62,388 bases of DNA from positions 1 to 62,388 of IMG/VR virus record IMGVR_UViG_3300027985_000703; one strand, 5' to 3'. The notes under the pieces are model-generated. The model saw nothing but the letters and a program-made list of their open reading frames with translations. It ran no database searches and had not been told where the DNA came from. The first letter of the stretch is position 1; each line of letters begins with the position of its first letter. Shown piece after piece: positions 45,101 to 54,517 of this stretch. Source of the DNA: a virus (taxonomy: Duplodnaviria > Caudoviricetes). The translations under genes were made by a program, and so were the position numbers.

Positions 45101-48100
45101 CGTGCAACTGGGTGTCGATGTCCTCCACCTGACGCGGGGCCGCCTTCTGCTGGACCGGGGCCTCGCCACCGGTCGTGTTCTCGGGCGCGGTAGTGTTGTT
45201 CAGGTCGCGCTCGAGGTAGGCCAGCTCCTGGTCTACTTCCCGCAACCGGTTTGGTAGGGCGTTGCGCTCGGCCTCGGACAACGCCGCCAGTTCTTCGTGC
45301 AGCGCCAGGTTTTTGTGTGCCGCCGCCAACTGATCCTTGGTCTGCGCCAATTCTACCGCTGGGTCTTCGGCCTGGTGTCGCGCCGGCTTGCCGTCCTGCA
45401 CCGAGCGCAGCGGTTTCCAGCCCTTGCTGGCCAGTTGGGCGGGGGCCTCGTCCGGTAAGCGCGTCGGGTCGGAGTCGTGCGCGTGGCTGTCGTTGGTGTC
45501 CTTGTCCAGTTGGTCGCGGTCGACCTTGGCGATAGTGCCATCCTGCTCGCGGTAAACGACCTCGTCGCGGTTAACATAACGGGCGGTGGGGTCGGTTTCA
45601 GGGTCGAAATACGCGCCGCGGTCGTCGGGGCCGCCTTCCTTGGCCCAGCCGGCGGAGCGATCATCGTCGCGGTAAAGCCCGGCGATAGCGGCGTCACGCT
45701 CTGCCTCCAGCTCGGCCACCCGGGTGGTCAGTTTGGTAGCAAAACCTTTGTCGGCCGGTTCGCCTTTGGCCGCCCGACGATTCTGGCGGTTCAGCTCGGA
45801 GCGCAGGTAGCCGATGTCCTCGGATTTCAGCAGTGCTGCTTGGTCCTGGCGCTCATAAATCTTCTGCAGCGCCGGCTTAACGTCGCCCCAGGTCCAAAAC
45901 GCTTCCGGCGAGCGCGGGTCGCGGTAGATAACCGTGCTGTCGGGGATCATGTTGTCGGTGATGCGCAACTTAGGGTTGGAGTCCAGCAGCTTGGCGATGC
46001 CTTCGGAGAACGCACGGGCCAGCACCTCCTTGAACCCCGCCTGCCGGGTCTCACCGTTCTTGCCCACCTCGGTGAGCTGCAGATCGCCGTTACTGTCCAT
46101 CCGCTGCTGGTCAATCAGCCCTTCGCGGGTCAGGCGCTGGGCGTCAAAGGCCGCAGGCGTGGCAGAACCGTCGCTCGCTTCTTCCTCCAGCCACAAGGCC
46201 GCCTTGCCTGCCGCGTTCGCACGCTTATTACCCGCTAAAGCCGCACGCTCGTGCAGGGGGCGGCGGTCGACCGCCGTTCCATCAACCGCAACCCCATCGG
46301 GGAACAGGCCGTGCCGTTCCAGTACCTCGACCGCGCCGGCATTGTCGCCGGCGGCGATGCGGTCCTTGAGGGTCTGCAGCATCTTGGGCGTGACCTTGCG
46401 CACGTCCTTGTGCTGCTGCACATCGCCGTGGTCCGCTGCCGCCCGCTCGCTGGCCTGGTCGCTGCGGGTCAGGATAACCGCGGCGTCTTTCTCCGAACCG
46501 GTGCGGACACCGGCCTTGGCCCCCGTCTTCTGGCTGTAGGCGGTTACAGTCGCCTCGATCTCCGGGTACTCGGTGTGCAGCTTGTTGGCCTGCCGGGTGT
46601 TGTATTCACCGAGCACACCGGTAAGGTCCACACCGGGCAGCATCGCCTGCAGTTGGCCGACAACGCTGCGGGCGTAGCCAGTCTGCCGGCGGTAATGGTT
46701 TACGGCCTCAATGGCATCAACCGCGTTCAAGTGTTCGCCGTCAGTGACCGACAACTCGCCCGTGCCGAGGGTGTCCTGGGCATCATTACCGCCCCAGGTG
46801 TCACCGCTCTCCCGGTCAGACTGCATCATGTCAACTTGCTGGTCCTGGCTAAACTCGTCGCCCGCGTCCTGGGTGAATTCATCCTGGGTTTCCAGCTCCT
46901 TGCCGTAACCCAACTCGGCGCTATCGCCCACGGTTTCGTCGCTGGCGGCCTTGGCCTGCTGCTCGTCCCGGTACTTGAACAGTCGGGCCCGGACCGTGGC
47001 CTCAACCTGGGCGCGGGCCGAATCCTGCTTGTCGGCGGGCAGGGCGGCGATCATCTGCTCGGCCTGGCCCACCAGCTCCGCTACCTTGCGCACCGCCTGC
47101 TCCCCGCCGGGCAGTTTGCGCACCACATCCACCAGGGTGTTGGTCGGCAGTTCCGCATCGGAGACGCCGGCCTTGCGCTCACCGCCGAGGGGTGCCGGAT
47201 CCGGTTTAGTTGGGCGACGCTGGGCATCCACCGCTTCCTGGTAGGTAGCCCGCCAGTCGTATTGCCGACCGCTTGCGTAGGCATCATCGCGTTCGACATT
47301 GCGCTCAAACACCCGCAGCACGTCGGACAGCACCGAGTTCTCGGCCTTCATGCGCGAGATGTCGTCCTTGAACTGGCGCTTGCGGACCTGGCCGTCCGTG
47401 TCCTTGTACTCGCCCTTCGTCAGCGCATCGGTGGCCGCCTTGAGCACAGCACGCTCCCGCTCGGTTTCCTCGTACTTAGTACCGCCGCGGCGGGATTCCT
47501 TGTACTTGGCCGACAACTCAGTGCGCAGATCCTCCACCCTCTGGCGCAAGTGCAGGTTTACCGCGTCCGCCGGGGCGGTACTGAACACGGAGCCCACTTT
47601 GCGGGCAGTAGGGTCCGCCAGGTAGGCCACCAGTTCATGGTCGGACAGCTCACCGGTCTGCAGAAGTTTGCCAACCTCGTTGAGCGGCAGCAACTTGCCA
47701 TCGGGGCCAGTAACCATGCGCGCCACCTCGTCGTAACGCACCTGGGGCAGGGGTTCGATGTCATCGGCCTGAACAGCGTGCATCTTGCCGGAACCACTAA
47801 CGGTACGCTGCTCACCGACATCCTTGAGCACGTCGCCCGGGGTCGGCGCAACTTCGCCCGCTTCCGCCTTGGTGGGGTCGGCGCGGAGGGCAGCACCCAC
47901 CATGTTCTCGGTGGAAACCTGACCGTCAGGAGTGGCCTGGCGGCCATCCTCCATGGCGCGGTCGAGGTAGTCACGCTCCAGGGCGGTGCGCTCGGCCATG
48001 GCCGCCTGGTCGACATATTCGGCCAAGTTCTTGCGGGCGTATGCAGTTGCGTGCCCCAGGGAAGCGGCCCCGACGTTAATGGCCCCGCCAGTGAGCGCCC

Positions 48101-49457
48101 CGCGCAAGCCGGCGTCAACCATCTGCGCGACATCGAAATCGCCTGCGTCCAGATGGTCATCCGCGTTGATGTGTACCGCCTGTTCAACGGCCATCTGTGC
48201 CGCACCGACCACGCCGCCGACGCCTGCGCCGGTAGCAAAGCCCTTAACCGCCCCCACGACTTTACCCGCCTGGGCGGCGACGGTTTTTTCCACCGCCTCG
48301 CCAACCCCGGCAGCTTTCATGAATGAATGCACGGGCACCAAGGCGGTAGCCACACCCAAGCCGGCACCGGCGGCACCACTGGCCAGTGGGGAGTTGCCAA
48401 TCTGCTCGTCGCTGAGACCGGCATTCTTCATGCGGGCGTAGGCGGAACCGGTGGCCTGCGTGCCGGCGGACAGCGCCCCCGGGACAGTAGCGCCGATCAG
48501 GGCACCAGACTTTTCGACAGCAGCGATGCGGGCCCCCATACCGGGGTAGGCCATGGCCTTAGACACCGCTTGGGCTCCGAACTTGCGGGTCAGCGCCCCA
48601 ATGGCCGCGTGACGGGCGGCAACAACCCCGACACCGGCGCCCGTCATAGCCAGGATGAGGTCCGGGATCGCCATCAGCACGTTTTCCCCCAAAACCTCGG
48701 CCCCGTAGGTGAGCGCACGGTCGGTTTTTTCTTTGAGCGATAGGTGTTTGCCGTCTTCGCCGGTGTAAATGTCGGTGAAGCTGGCCACCCGCGCCGGGTT
48801 AACCGCCAGATCAAGGGTGTTGTCCTGCCGAACCTGTTGGCCGTAGTCAGCCATGTGCTGGTCGCCCAGCTTGCGGCCGGCAAACTCGGCTGCGGCACCG
48901 AGGACCATTTGTGTGCCGTCAATCCCGCGGTCTACCGCGTCACGGAACACGCCCTTGCTCTTGCGCGAAGGGACGGGGGCCATCAACGCGGGGTTAGGCT
49001 GGAAGGGGGTGGAGTTATCCCGAACGAACTGGTCAACGGCACCGGACAGCTCGGGGTGCGCGGGATCACGCGGCAAGCCGAGGGAAGCGCGAACGGTGCC
49101 GGACGTGCGGGCACCCTCGATAGCAGGGTCAATGCCATCAAACGCAGTCGGGGTAGCGAGGCCAAGCTGAGCCAATTGAACGCCGATGTTGTTGCCTTCG
49201 GCGTCCAGGTAATCGCCCTTGCCCCGGTTGTGGCCGCCACTTTCGCCGTCCCGAATGTGGATCTGCTCGGTGATAACCTGGGCTATGAGGCCGGCCACCT
49301 GACCGGGGACAGTGGCCTTTTCCTGGGAATTGAAGCCGGCGGCACGAACACCTGGGCGCTGCCCATCAATGAACGCGGTGTCGCCATCGTAAAATTCAGT
49401 GTTCGATGATCGGGGGTCGTCGCCGTTGTGGGTGACGATAATATCTTTCCAGCCCAT
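42111..49457 (-). CDS. giant internal virion/DNA ejection protein (2448 aa)
   Basis: Last of a run of Ala/Gln/Gly-rich genes after the head-tail adaptors; Gly/Ala hydrophobic segment, long coiled coils, helical C-domain. Confidence 0.8.
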   Translation of the reverse strand: MGWKDIIVTHNGDDPRSSNTEFYDGDTAFIDGQRPGVRAAGFNSQEKATVPGQVAGLIAQVITEQIHIRDGESGGHNRGKGDYLDAEGNNIGVQLAQLGLATPTAFDGIDPAIEGARTSGTVRASLGLPRDPAHPELSGAVDQFVRDNSTPFQPNPALMAPVPSRKSKGVFRDAVDRGIDGTQMVLGAAAEFAGRKLGDQHMADYGQQVRQDNTLDLAVNPARVASFTDIYTGEDGKHLSLKEKTDRALTYGAEVLGENVLMAIPDLILAMTGAGVGVVAARHAAIGALTRKFGAQAVSKAMAYPGMGARIAAVEKSGALIGATVPGALSAGTQATGSAYARMKNAGLSDEQIGNSPLASGAAGAGLGVATALVPVHSFMKAAGVGEAVEKTVAAQAGKVVGAVKGFATGAGVGGVVGAAQMAVEQAVHINADDHLDAGDFDVAQMVDAGLRGALTGGAINVGAASLGHATAYARKNLAEYVDQAAMAERTALERDYLDRAMEDGRQATPDGQVSTENMVGAALRADPTKAEAGEVAPTPGDVLKDVGEQRTVSGSGKMHAVQADDIEPLPQVRYDEVARMVTGPDGKLLPLNEVGKLLQTGELSDHELVAYLADPTARKVGSVFSTAPADAVNLHLRQRVEDLRTELSAKYKESRRGGTKYEETERERAVLKAATDALTKGEYKDTDGQVRKRQFKDDISRMKAENSVLSDVLRVFERNVERDDAYASGRQYDWRATYQEAVDAQRRPTKPDPAPLGGERKAGVSDAELPTNTLVDVVRKLPGGEQAVRKVAELVGQAEQMIAALPADKQDSARAQVEATVRARLFKYRDEQQAKAASDETVGDSAELGYGKELETQDEFTQDAGDEFSQDQQVDMMQSDRESGDTWGGNDAQDTLGTGELSVTDGEHLNAVDAIEAVNHYRRQTGYARSVVGQLQAMLPGVDLTGVLGEYNTRQANKLHTEYPEIEATVTAYSQKTGAKAGVRTGSEKDAAVILTRSDQASERAAADHGDVQQHKDVRKVTPKMLQTLKDRIAAGDNAGAVEVLERHGLFPDGVAVDGTAVDRRPLHERAALAGNKRANAAGKAALWLEEEASDGSATPAAFDAQRLTREGLIDQQRMDSNGDLQLTEVGKNGETRQAGFKEVLARAFSEGIAKLLDSNPKLRITDNMIPDSTVIYRDPRSPEAFWTWGDVKPALQKIYERQDQAALLKSEDIGYLRSELNRQNRRAAKGEPADKGFATKLTTRVAELEAERDAAIAGLYRDDDRSAGWAKEGGPDDRGAYFDPETDPTARYVNRDEVVYREQDGTIAKVDRDQLDKDTNDSHAHDSDPTRLPDEAPAQLASKGWKPLRSVQDGKPARHQAEDPAVELAQTKDQLAAAHKNLALHEELAALSEAERNALPNRLREVDQELAYLERDLNNTTAPENTTGGEAPVQQKAAPRQVEDIDTQLHANQVERVTASGQLTKAVERGSITREQAHSWLSRIGQSDAELQAQRGRILQEVQQRRAELLNEQARLRRLVSGMDAQGRSRVARPEVEATVQRLEQRALELERQQLAAKEQAAKTSPADQEPKAKLTEAPATQSVGRRYKPGSEAQQEAVANAVEVVRERSDAVAAVGDKLRVFDRIQQLQKQLDKPAPRNTLAERIRRRAPNEIAELQARIDAIENSIRAQPNLERNVYNRLRMEANRLKNEQAKLEQRLKDLPPAAQRDTSRIETELAALKQRVLSEGLDEAKLRQEHAELQKQMDAADADLRSKREALEQLRDHDAESQSKAAKVNQEALESAPKAVKQAIERLTNGEVEGDSVNATKLVAGLRKKQQTVFGNNRHHGARRVINGLSKVFRQTTKGRLGRISGLLREKSDRFEVNWRLRQQRWVSWMAGVLHGADGKTPKGLQRGYEDLVDGKNTLLARKLSRELGKIVAEIKKVDPTFELDGAPTVLNLGRIHERMAEFREVLNQNGVVKVDELVKALHLSEGVPGFEVFAGSETVKSILGTRKDLAKLKAALPKLRELGFLRTDAPEVITGFVRSAARYAEWGKEYGLLRKTKNGKDYFDSSFQYKALMETISESDRSEVRQLMSAITGSMGHNLPNWVRAVNAGFFAATAARYLLFSAVASIPETAVVAVRAKRGLRAQLQVLTSDLYRLAISDRGGLRALADELGIIDTEVTRHAMQQLYMMDELTVGKTASKVAGVMFKMNGQVALTNLQRMQSLVQAQGFLKEHSAKAAAGDPTSQRYLKELQIDPEKAAETSSPEYKDALHRFVLQAMTNPEAGAMPLWMSDPRFQVFASLKKFIYGLVDRVHMGVYNEGRNGSISQAMAMTAGFAVASMALGSLAEWLREMIKYPPLLTRGRGMPQSFDEKLARVFNATGMQAHAQLLASPRVAYEHEGMFSAMLAGMNPTIEWLMTDLADPSKKAGTKLAEALPVSNQLPWAKAWVMDMVGGNGR

Positions 49458-49471
49458 GCGCTTTATCCGTC

Positions 49472-49482
49472 CAGTAATACTG
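49472..49482. promoter_or_regulatory. operator-like palindrome upstream of giant gene
   Basis: CAGTAATACTG just downstream of minus-strand TAGAAT. Confidence 0.75.
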
Positions 49483-49519
49483 CACACCATTCTAACACCG
49501 GCGCTGGATGCGGGGTAAG

Positions 49520-49541
49520 CAAAAGGGCCCGAAGGCCCTTG
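49520..49541 (-). terminator. intrinsic terminator
   Basis: Minus strand AAGGGCC-TTCG-GGCCCTTTT. Confidence 0.8.
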
Positions 49542-49557
49542 ATTATCTGCTATACCG

Positions 49558-51468
49558 CTAGTTGGTGTGGCCGAGAAGCCGGTCCAGTTTGGCCTGGTCC
49601 GCCGGACTTAGGCGCGGGTTCCTTGCCGGGGCCGTGGGCCGGGACAGGTCGACCGGAGGCACGATAGGCGCGGTGCTGCCAGCGGGAGCGGGGGCCGGCG
49701 TCGTAGTCCCGCCGGTTCCGGCGGCCCGGTCGACAAAGTTCTGTAGCAGTACCCGGCGGTTCTGGACAGGGACGCCGTCAACGTCCGCCTGGTGCATCAA
49801 CGCCCCCACATCCTGGTAGGTTAGCCCGGAGACGTTCATCTTTTTCTCGATGTCGTCGCTGAACGCCGCCAACTCGGAGCGGCTGACCCCGATCATGGCA
49901 TAGGTCATCGCAGCCAGGGCGGCATTACCGGAGTCCATCCCCTTGTCTTTGCCCCGAAGCGCATTGTAGTAGCCCGCAGCGATGTCGATGGTCTGGGTGC
50001 GGCTGTAGTCATCCTGCAGCGTGTTGCCCATCAAATACAACGCCCCCATAGCTTGCCGCTGAAACTCGCCGGCCATAGCCTCGTATTTGGCTTTGTTGTC
50101 CTCGAAATCCTTGTTGGACTTGTAGCCGTTGAGCGCAGTGTCGTAGACCAACTGTTCCGTGCCGGCCAGCTCCTGCCGGAAGGCCGTTCTCTGCTTGCGC
50201 AGTTCAGCCGCGGTGGTCTTGCTTTCGTTGGCCTGTTTGTTCCGATAATACTCGGCCTGCGCACCGGTGAGCCCGATCTGCGCCTGCAGCTGCTGGATTT
50301 TGAGCCCCGCTTCCTGCATCGCGTAGCGCGAGGCGACCTTCAACTGAATTTCCGCCGCCCGCAACTGGGTGCTGTCGAGCTTGTACTTCTGCTTCAACTC
50401 CTGGAACTGGGCGGTGTTCATGTTGGCGTATCCGGTCTGCGCCACGTTCATGGCCTCGGACCCGGAGTAGACCCCAGCACGGAAACCGAGCACCGCCAGT
50501 TTGACCCGCTGGCGTTGGCTGACCTCGGCCATACGGATTTTGCCAGCGTCCAGCTTGTCGACCACCTTCTGGTCGTGGTGGTCCAGTTTGATCTTGGCCG
50601 GAGAGTTCAGGACCAACTCAAACCGCTTGGGGTCATGAACATCGGCCCGCGCCACCTTGTTAGGGTCCGGCTGCGCGGCAACGGGGGCCGCGTTACTCGG
50701 CACACCCGCCCAGTTGGATTGTTGCGACTGGTCGGGCAGCTGCTGCGGCAACTGGTCCGGGCCAGGGGCGGCGGACTGCAACGGCGGCTGTGTCGGACCC
50801 GGGACCGCGCCGGACCAGTTGGACCTGGGCGGGGCGGGTTGAGCGTTTTGCGGGGGTTGTGCCAGGTCGGTGGCGGCGAGCGCGGTCTGACCGGGGGCGG
50901 TAACGAACCCGTTTTCATCCATCTGCAGCCCGAAGTGGTTGCGGGTCAGCGCCTCCATGGCCTGCGGATCGCCGTTGGTAGCGGCAATCTGCTGTTGGAC
51001 GTAGGTAAGGACCGCCTTGGACTGGCCGGCCGGGATGCGCAAGGGGGCCGAATTGTTGTTGGTGGGGTCCACGGTCAAGGGCGCAGCAGTCTGACCCTCG
51101 GCATCTGCCAGGCCGAGCCCGACGCTTCCATCGGCCTGGGGCGAGAACACCAGGCGGCGGCCGAGACCGCTGTTGCCGCGTTGTTCGTTCAGTGCCGGGA
51201 TGTGCGGGGTGACAGCATCGGCCACCTGCTGTGCTTGCTGGGCGGTGCCGTCGTCCAGCGACAGGCCGGGAACGCCACCACCGCTCTCGAGCTGTTCAAC
51301 CCACCGATCCTGGTATTGCTTCTGCTCCTTCATGGCGTCGAGCTGCATACGCCCGGACTCCATCTGCAGGGCGTGGGACTCCTGATCCATGCGCAACCGA
51401 GCCCGATCTTGACGAGCTTGGTGGTAGCGGTCCATCGCCCCCAGGAAATAATCTGCTGCTTCTGCCAT
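49558..51468 (-). CDS. internal virion/ejection protein
   Basis: 636 aa Q/A/P-rich; position in operon. Confidence 0.7.
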   Translation of the reverse strand: MAEAADYFLGAMDRYHQARQDRARLRMDQESHALQMESGRMQLDAMKEQKQYQDRWVEQLESGGGVPGLSLDDGTAQQAQQVADAVTPHIPALNEQRGNSGLGRRLVFSPQADGSVGLGLADAEGQTAAPLTVDPTNNNSAPLRIPAGQSKAVLTYVQQQIAATNGDPQAMEALTRNHFGLQMDENGFVTAPGQTALAATDLAQPPQNAQPAPPRSNWSGAVPGPTQPPLQSAAPGPDQLPQQLPDQSQQSNWAGVPSNAAPVAAQPDPNKVARADVHDPKRFELVLNSPAKIKLDHHDQKVVDKLDAGKIRMAEVSQRQRVKLAVLGFRAGVYSGSEAMNVAQTGYANMNTAQFQELKQKYKLDSTQLRAAEIQLKVASRYAMQEAGLKIQQLQAQIGLTGAQAEYYRNKQANESKTTAAELRKQRTAFRQELAGTEQLVYDTALNGYKSNKDFEDNKAKYEAMAGEFQRQAMGALYLMGNTLQDDYSRTQTIDIAAGYYNALRGKDKGMDSGNAALAAMTYAMIGVSRSELAAFSDDIEKKMNVSGLTYQDVGALMHQADVDGVPVQNRRVLLQNFVDRAAGTGGTTTPAPAPAGSTAPIVPPVDLSRPTAPARNPRLSPADQAKLDRLLGHTN

Positions 51469-51472
51469 CACA

Positions 51473-52069
51473 TCACCCAATCGCGCCGCCAACGGCGCTG
51501 CCAAGACTCGCTCCGGCCGCTGCACCGGCAGGGCCACCGTAGATACCGCCGATCACCGCGCCGCCGAGGGACAGCAGCTGACCGGTAAACGACTTCTTGG
51601 CTGCTGCCGCCGCCTGCTTGCGCTGCTGCTCGTTGGCCGCGAACTGCGTCAGGTTGGCAGAGCCATTGTTGATCATATCCTCGCTGACCTGCATGAGGTC
51701 TGAACGCAGCGACTCGTTGCGGCTACGCTGCTGCGCCCGGGCGGTGTTGACCGCACTACCGGCACTGAGGGCCGCCAGCCCGTTCTGGCTGTGGGACACC
51801 TGCATCCGTTGCGCGGCCGTCAACCCGCCGGCATAGCGGGACTGGGTACGGGCGCTCATGGCGGACAACTGGCCGGGGAGCAGCTTGGCCTGCCGCTGCG
51901 CCGACGCCACCAGCGACCGGGAGTTGGTGTCCCCCGCCAACTCGTCCAGCAGCGGGACGTAGTTCTTCTCGAAATTCGCCTGTCGTTGCTGGTACAGGCC
52001 GGAGAGCACCTGTTCGTGGTTCTGGCCAGACCTGATCGTCGCCAGCGCGGGTTGATTGAAAAATGCCAT
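51473..52069 (-). CDS. internal virion (pilot-like) protein
   Basis: Q/A-rich with C-terminal glycine zipper GGAVIGGIYGGPAGAAAGASLG; GGAGG RBS. Confidence 0.7.
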   Translation of the reverse strand: MAFFNQPALATIRSGQNHEQVLSGLYQQRQANFEKNYVPLLDELAGDTNSRSLVASAQRQAKLLPGQLSAMSARTQSRYAGGLTAAQRMQVSHSQNGLAALSAGSAVNTARAQQRSRNESLRSDLMQVSEDMINNGSANLTQFAANEQQRKQAAAAAKKSFTGQLLSLGGAVIGGIYGGPAGAAAGASLGSAVGGAIG

Positions 52070-52701
52070 CAACGCTTCCTCCCGTTAGCAAACCGGCGAC
52101 TAGGGCCGCTTGCCACCGAACCCGAGCCGAACAGCTGGTCCTGATACGCCGCGTCGAGCGCGTTCTGCTCGTTCCAGTAGTCGTTGTTGATTTTCCCGGA
52201 TTCGCCGGCTTTGTTGACGCCGTAGGCCGCAGCCACGCTGCCGGCATTGATGAGCTGGCTGCGCTTATCAGTGCGTTCCTGGAACCGGCGCATCTCGGCA
52301 TCGTTGGCGATCCGTGCCAGGGCTGACTGCCCTTGGAGGGTCCGCGTCTGCCCGGCCAAGCCGCCTTTGGCACCCCCCATCAGCCGACTGGTGCCGCCAA
52401 TCGCCGCCGTGTTGCGGGCGGTCAGGGCCCCCAGGCTTTGGCTGGCGGCCATGTTGCTGCTGTGTTCAGCCACCGCCATCGGGTTGCCCCGCAGCCGTTT
52501 GACCTGTGCCGCCGCCAGGGACGAAATGTCCGCGCTGGTAGCACCGGCCTCGCGGTGGCCAGTCTCACGCTTCACGTCGGCCAGGTAGCCGTCGAGAACC
52601 TTGCCCTGGTAGCCCTGGCCGAGGTCGAGCATCCGCTGCGCATTGCGGGCGGCTACCTTCTCATACTCGGGCGTCTTGGGCTTTTTGCTGCCACCTGCCA
52701 T
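52069..52701 (-). CDS. internal virion protein
   Basis: MAGGSKKPKTP start typical of podophage ejection proteins; AAGGAG RBS. Confidence 0.7.
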   Translation of the reverse strand: MAGGSKKPKTPEYEKVAARNAQRMLDLGQGYQGKVLDGYLADVKRETGHREAGATSADISSLAAAQVKRLRGNPMAVAEHSSNMAASQSLGALTARNTAAIGGTSRLMGGAKGGLAGQTRTLQGQSALARIANDAEMRRFQERTDKRSQLINAGSVAAAYGVNKAGESGKINNDYWNEQNALDAAYQDQLFGSGSVASGPSRRFANGRKR

Positions 52702-53093
52702 CAGAGGCTCCTTGCGTAAGTCACTTCCACCGGGCGGAAGCCCAGCGGCGGGGCCACCCGTTCCCAGCCCTGGCGGGCAGTACGGAACTGCAGCTCCTTG
52801 AAACCATACCGGCGGGCAAGCTCGGCCACACCGTCCAGGGCGGCGGACAAGTCGCTGATCGCGCCGGTGAACGCCGCCGCCACCCACACCAGCAAAACAT
52901 CCTCGTCGACTGCGGTCAGGACGACGAAACCCTCGTCACCCACCCAATGCAGCGTGGCCGAGGGCGTGAACAGGGCGTCGAACACATCGTCGGGATCCTC
53001 ACCGATGCCCGTGGCGGCGGCATGGACCGCCGGGTGGATACGGGCTATCGCATGGGCCAGTTCGCCCAGTGGCACCGCCTCAGAGACCACCAT
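52701..53093 (-). CDS. GNAT-like virion-module protein
   Basis: GFVVLT...LLVWVAAA...ARRYGFKELQFRTARQGWERV. Confidence 0.7.
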   Translation of the reverse strand: MVVSEAVPLGELAHAIARIHPAVHAAATGIGEDPDDVFDALFTPSATLHWVGDEGFVVLTAVDEDVLLVWVAAAFTGAISDLSAALDGVAELARRYGFKELQFRTARQGWERVAPPLGFRPVEVTYARSL

Positions 53094-53640
53094 ACCGGAC
53101 CCTCATAACCCGGCCGCTGTTGCGACCCGTTGCATGGGACCGTGCCCGGTCGATACCGGTTCGGTACAGCTGCCGGTGGTAGTCGGCCAGTTTGGCGTCG
53201 AACCAGCCATACTGGGGCAGCGCGTACAACCGGGCCAGCGCCCCCGAAGTCAGGGTCTCAAGCCAGGGCTCCACGATCTCGTAGTCCATGTCCCCGTCCA
53301 GCGGGGCGATGGTCAGGCTGATCTCCAGTTCCAAGTCGCCCTCGAAGCCCTCGGGTATGTAGACCCGGCCGGCGTTGACGGTCGGCCAGGGCACCCCTTC
53401 GGTGAACACGACATGGTTGCCGTCGATAGCCACGCGGCGGATACCCACCGCCGACGTGCCCCAGGGGATGTCCAGCGTGTAGTAGTTGTCCGGCACAACG
53501 GTGAGTTGCAGCGTCACCCGGTACACGTTGGTCTCGCGCAGGAACTCAGCGGTGGCAAACCGGGCGCAGCGTTCGTGCAGCACCGGCATTGCATCAGGGA
53601 TTTCTGCGGCCGACAACGCGGCGATGGTCTGGATCAGCAT
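53080..53640 (-). CDS. head-tail adaptor-like protein
   Basis: EFLRETNVYR, GALARLYALP..W; position in operon. Confidence 0.7.
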   Translation of the reverse strand: MLIQTIAALSAAEIPDAMPVLHERCARFATAEFLRETNVYRVTLQLTVVPDNYYTLDIPWGTSAVGIRRVAIDGNHVVFTEGVPWPTVNAGRVYIPEGFEGDLELEISLTIAPLDGDMDYEIVEPWLETLTSGALARLYALPQYGWFDAKLADYHRQLYRTGIDRARSHATGRNSGRVMRVRYGGL

Positions 53641-53643
53641 TCG

Positions 53644-54273
53644 TTACGACCCCTGTTTGGTCAGCCCCATGGCCGCGTCGAACAAGGCTTTGTGCTCGGC
53701 GGCACGGGAGCGGGATTCCTCGCTCTCGAGCTGCTTGAGGTAGGCCCGGTAGCAAACGTAGTCGACCAAGGGTGCCAGGTATATGTCCGCCACCGGCAGC
53801 AAGTCCGTGGTGGCCGTCACCGGAGCCGGCTTGGCGCAATAGGTGACACTCAACTTGCCCGTACCGTCGTTCGGTGGGTACACCCAAAAACCCATCGGAT
53901 CGACTTCGGACGGCATGACCTGCGACACCAGGGCTGCCGGGGTCGCCAGCTGCCAGTCGGGCATCAGCGCATCCATCTGCGCGATGGGGAAAGTACGACA
54001 GAACCGCCCGGGGGCGGCAGGTGTTCCGTTGTGGTTGACCCGTAGCACCTTGAGGCCACCGCTGGGCAGCTTCTGGAGCGTACCGGCCACCAGCGACACT
54101 TCGCTAGTAACAGCCCCGGCCGCCGGGTTGTGCCGCAGCACCTCCAACGCGCCTTCATTGATGTGCTGGTACAGCTCAGTGTCGAGCCACTGCACGCCAC
54201 CGGTCTCTTTATCGCCCAGCAGCTCCCGTGCGCGGGTAAAGATCTCCTGGACCGTCAGCGTTCCGGCAGCCAT
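53644..54273 (-). CDS. head-tail adaptor (DUF6682-like)
   Basis: W.DTELYQHINEG, LVAGTLQKLP, FWVYPP, LVDYVCYRAY. Confidence 0.8.
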   Translation of the reverse strand: MAAGTLTVQEIFTRARELLGDKETGGVQWLDTELYQHINEGALEVLRHNPAAGAVTSEVSLVAGTLQKLPSGGLKVLRVNHNGTPAAPGRFCRTFPIAQMDALMPDWQLATPAALVSQVMPSEVDPMGFWVYPPNDGTGKLSVTYCAKPAPVTATTDLLPVADIYLAPLVDYVCYRAYLKQLESEESRSRAAEHKALFDAAMGLTKQGS

Positions 54274-54279
54274 GGCTCA

Positions 54280-54459
54280 TTACTCCTTGGCAGCAGCGCC
54301 GCGCTTCTTGGTCTCGACAACCGGCACCAGGCCAGCTTCGATGCAATCTTGTTCGTGTGCCTCGGGCACCTCACGCTCCTGGCCGGCGTCAAAGTGAACG
54401 ACGTGGCCGGAAGGGGTACACACACGAAGGTCGGTAGTTCGGTGGTTCTTGAAAATCAT
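54280..54459 (-). CDS. small protein downstream of capsid (59 aa, not in ORF track)
   Basis: TAGGAG RBS; MIFKNHRTTDLRVCTPSGHVVHFDAGQEREVPEAHEQDCIEAGLVPV... Confidence 0.75.
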   Translation of the reverse strand: MIFKNHRTTDLRVCTPSGHVVHFDAGQEREVPEAHEQDCIEAGLVPVVETKKRGAAAKE

Positions 54460-54469
54460 GCGACGCTCC

Positions 54470-54512
54470 TAAAAAAAGGGGGTGACGGGCTGTCCGGGGC
54501 CCGCCACCCCAA
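54470..54512 (-). terminator. intrinsic terminator after major capsid gene
   Basis: Long GC stem followed by T7 on the minus strand. Confidence 0.8.
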
Positions 54513-54517
54513 ACCGA

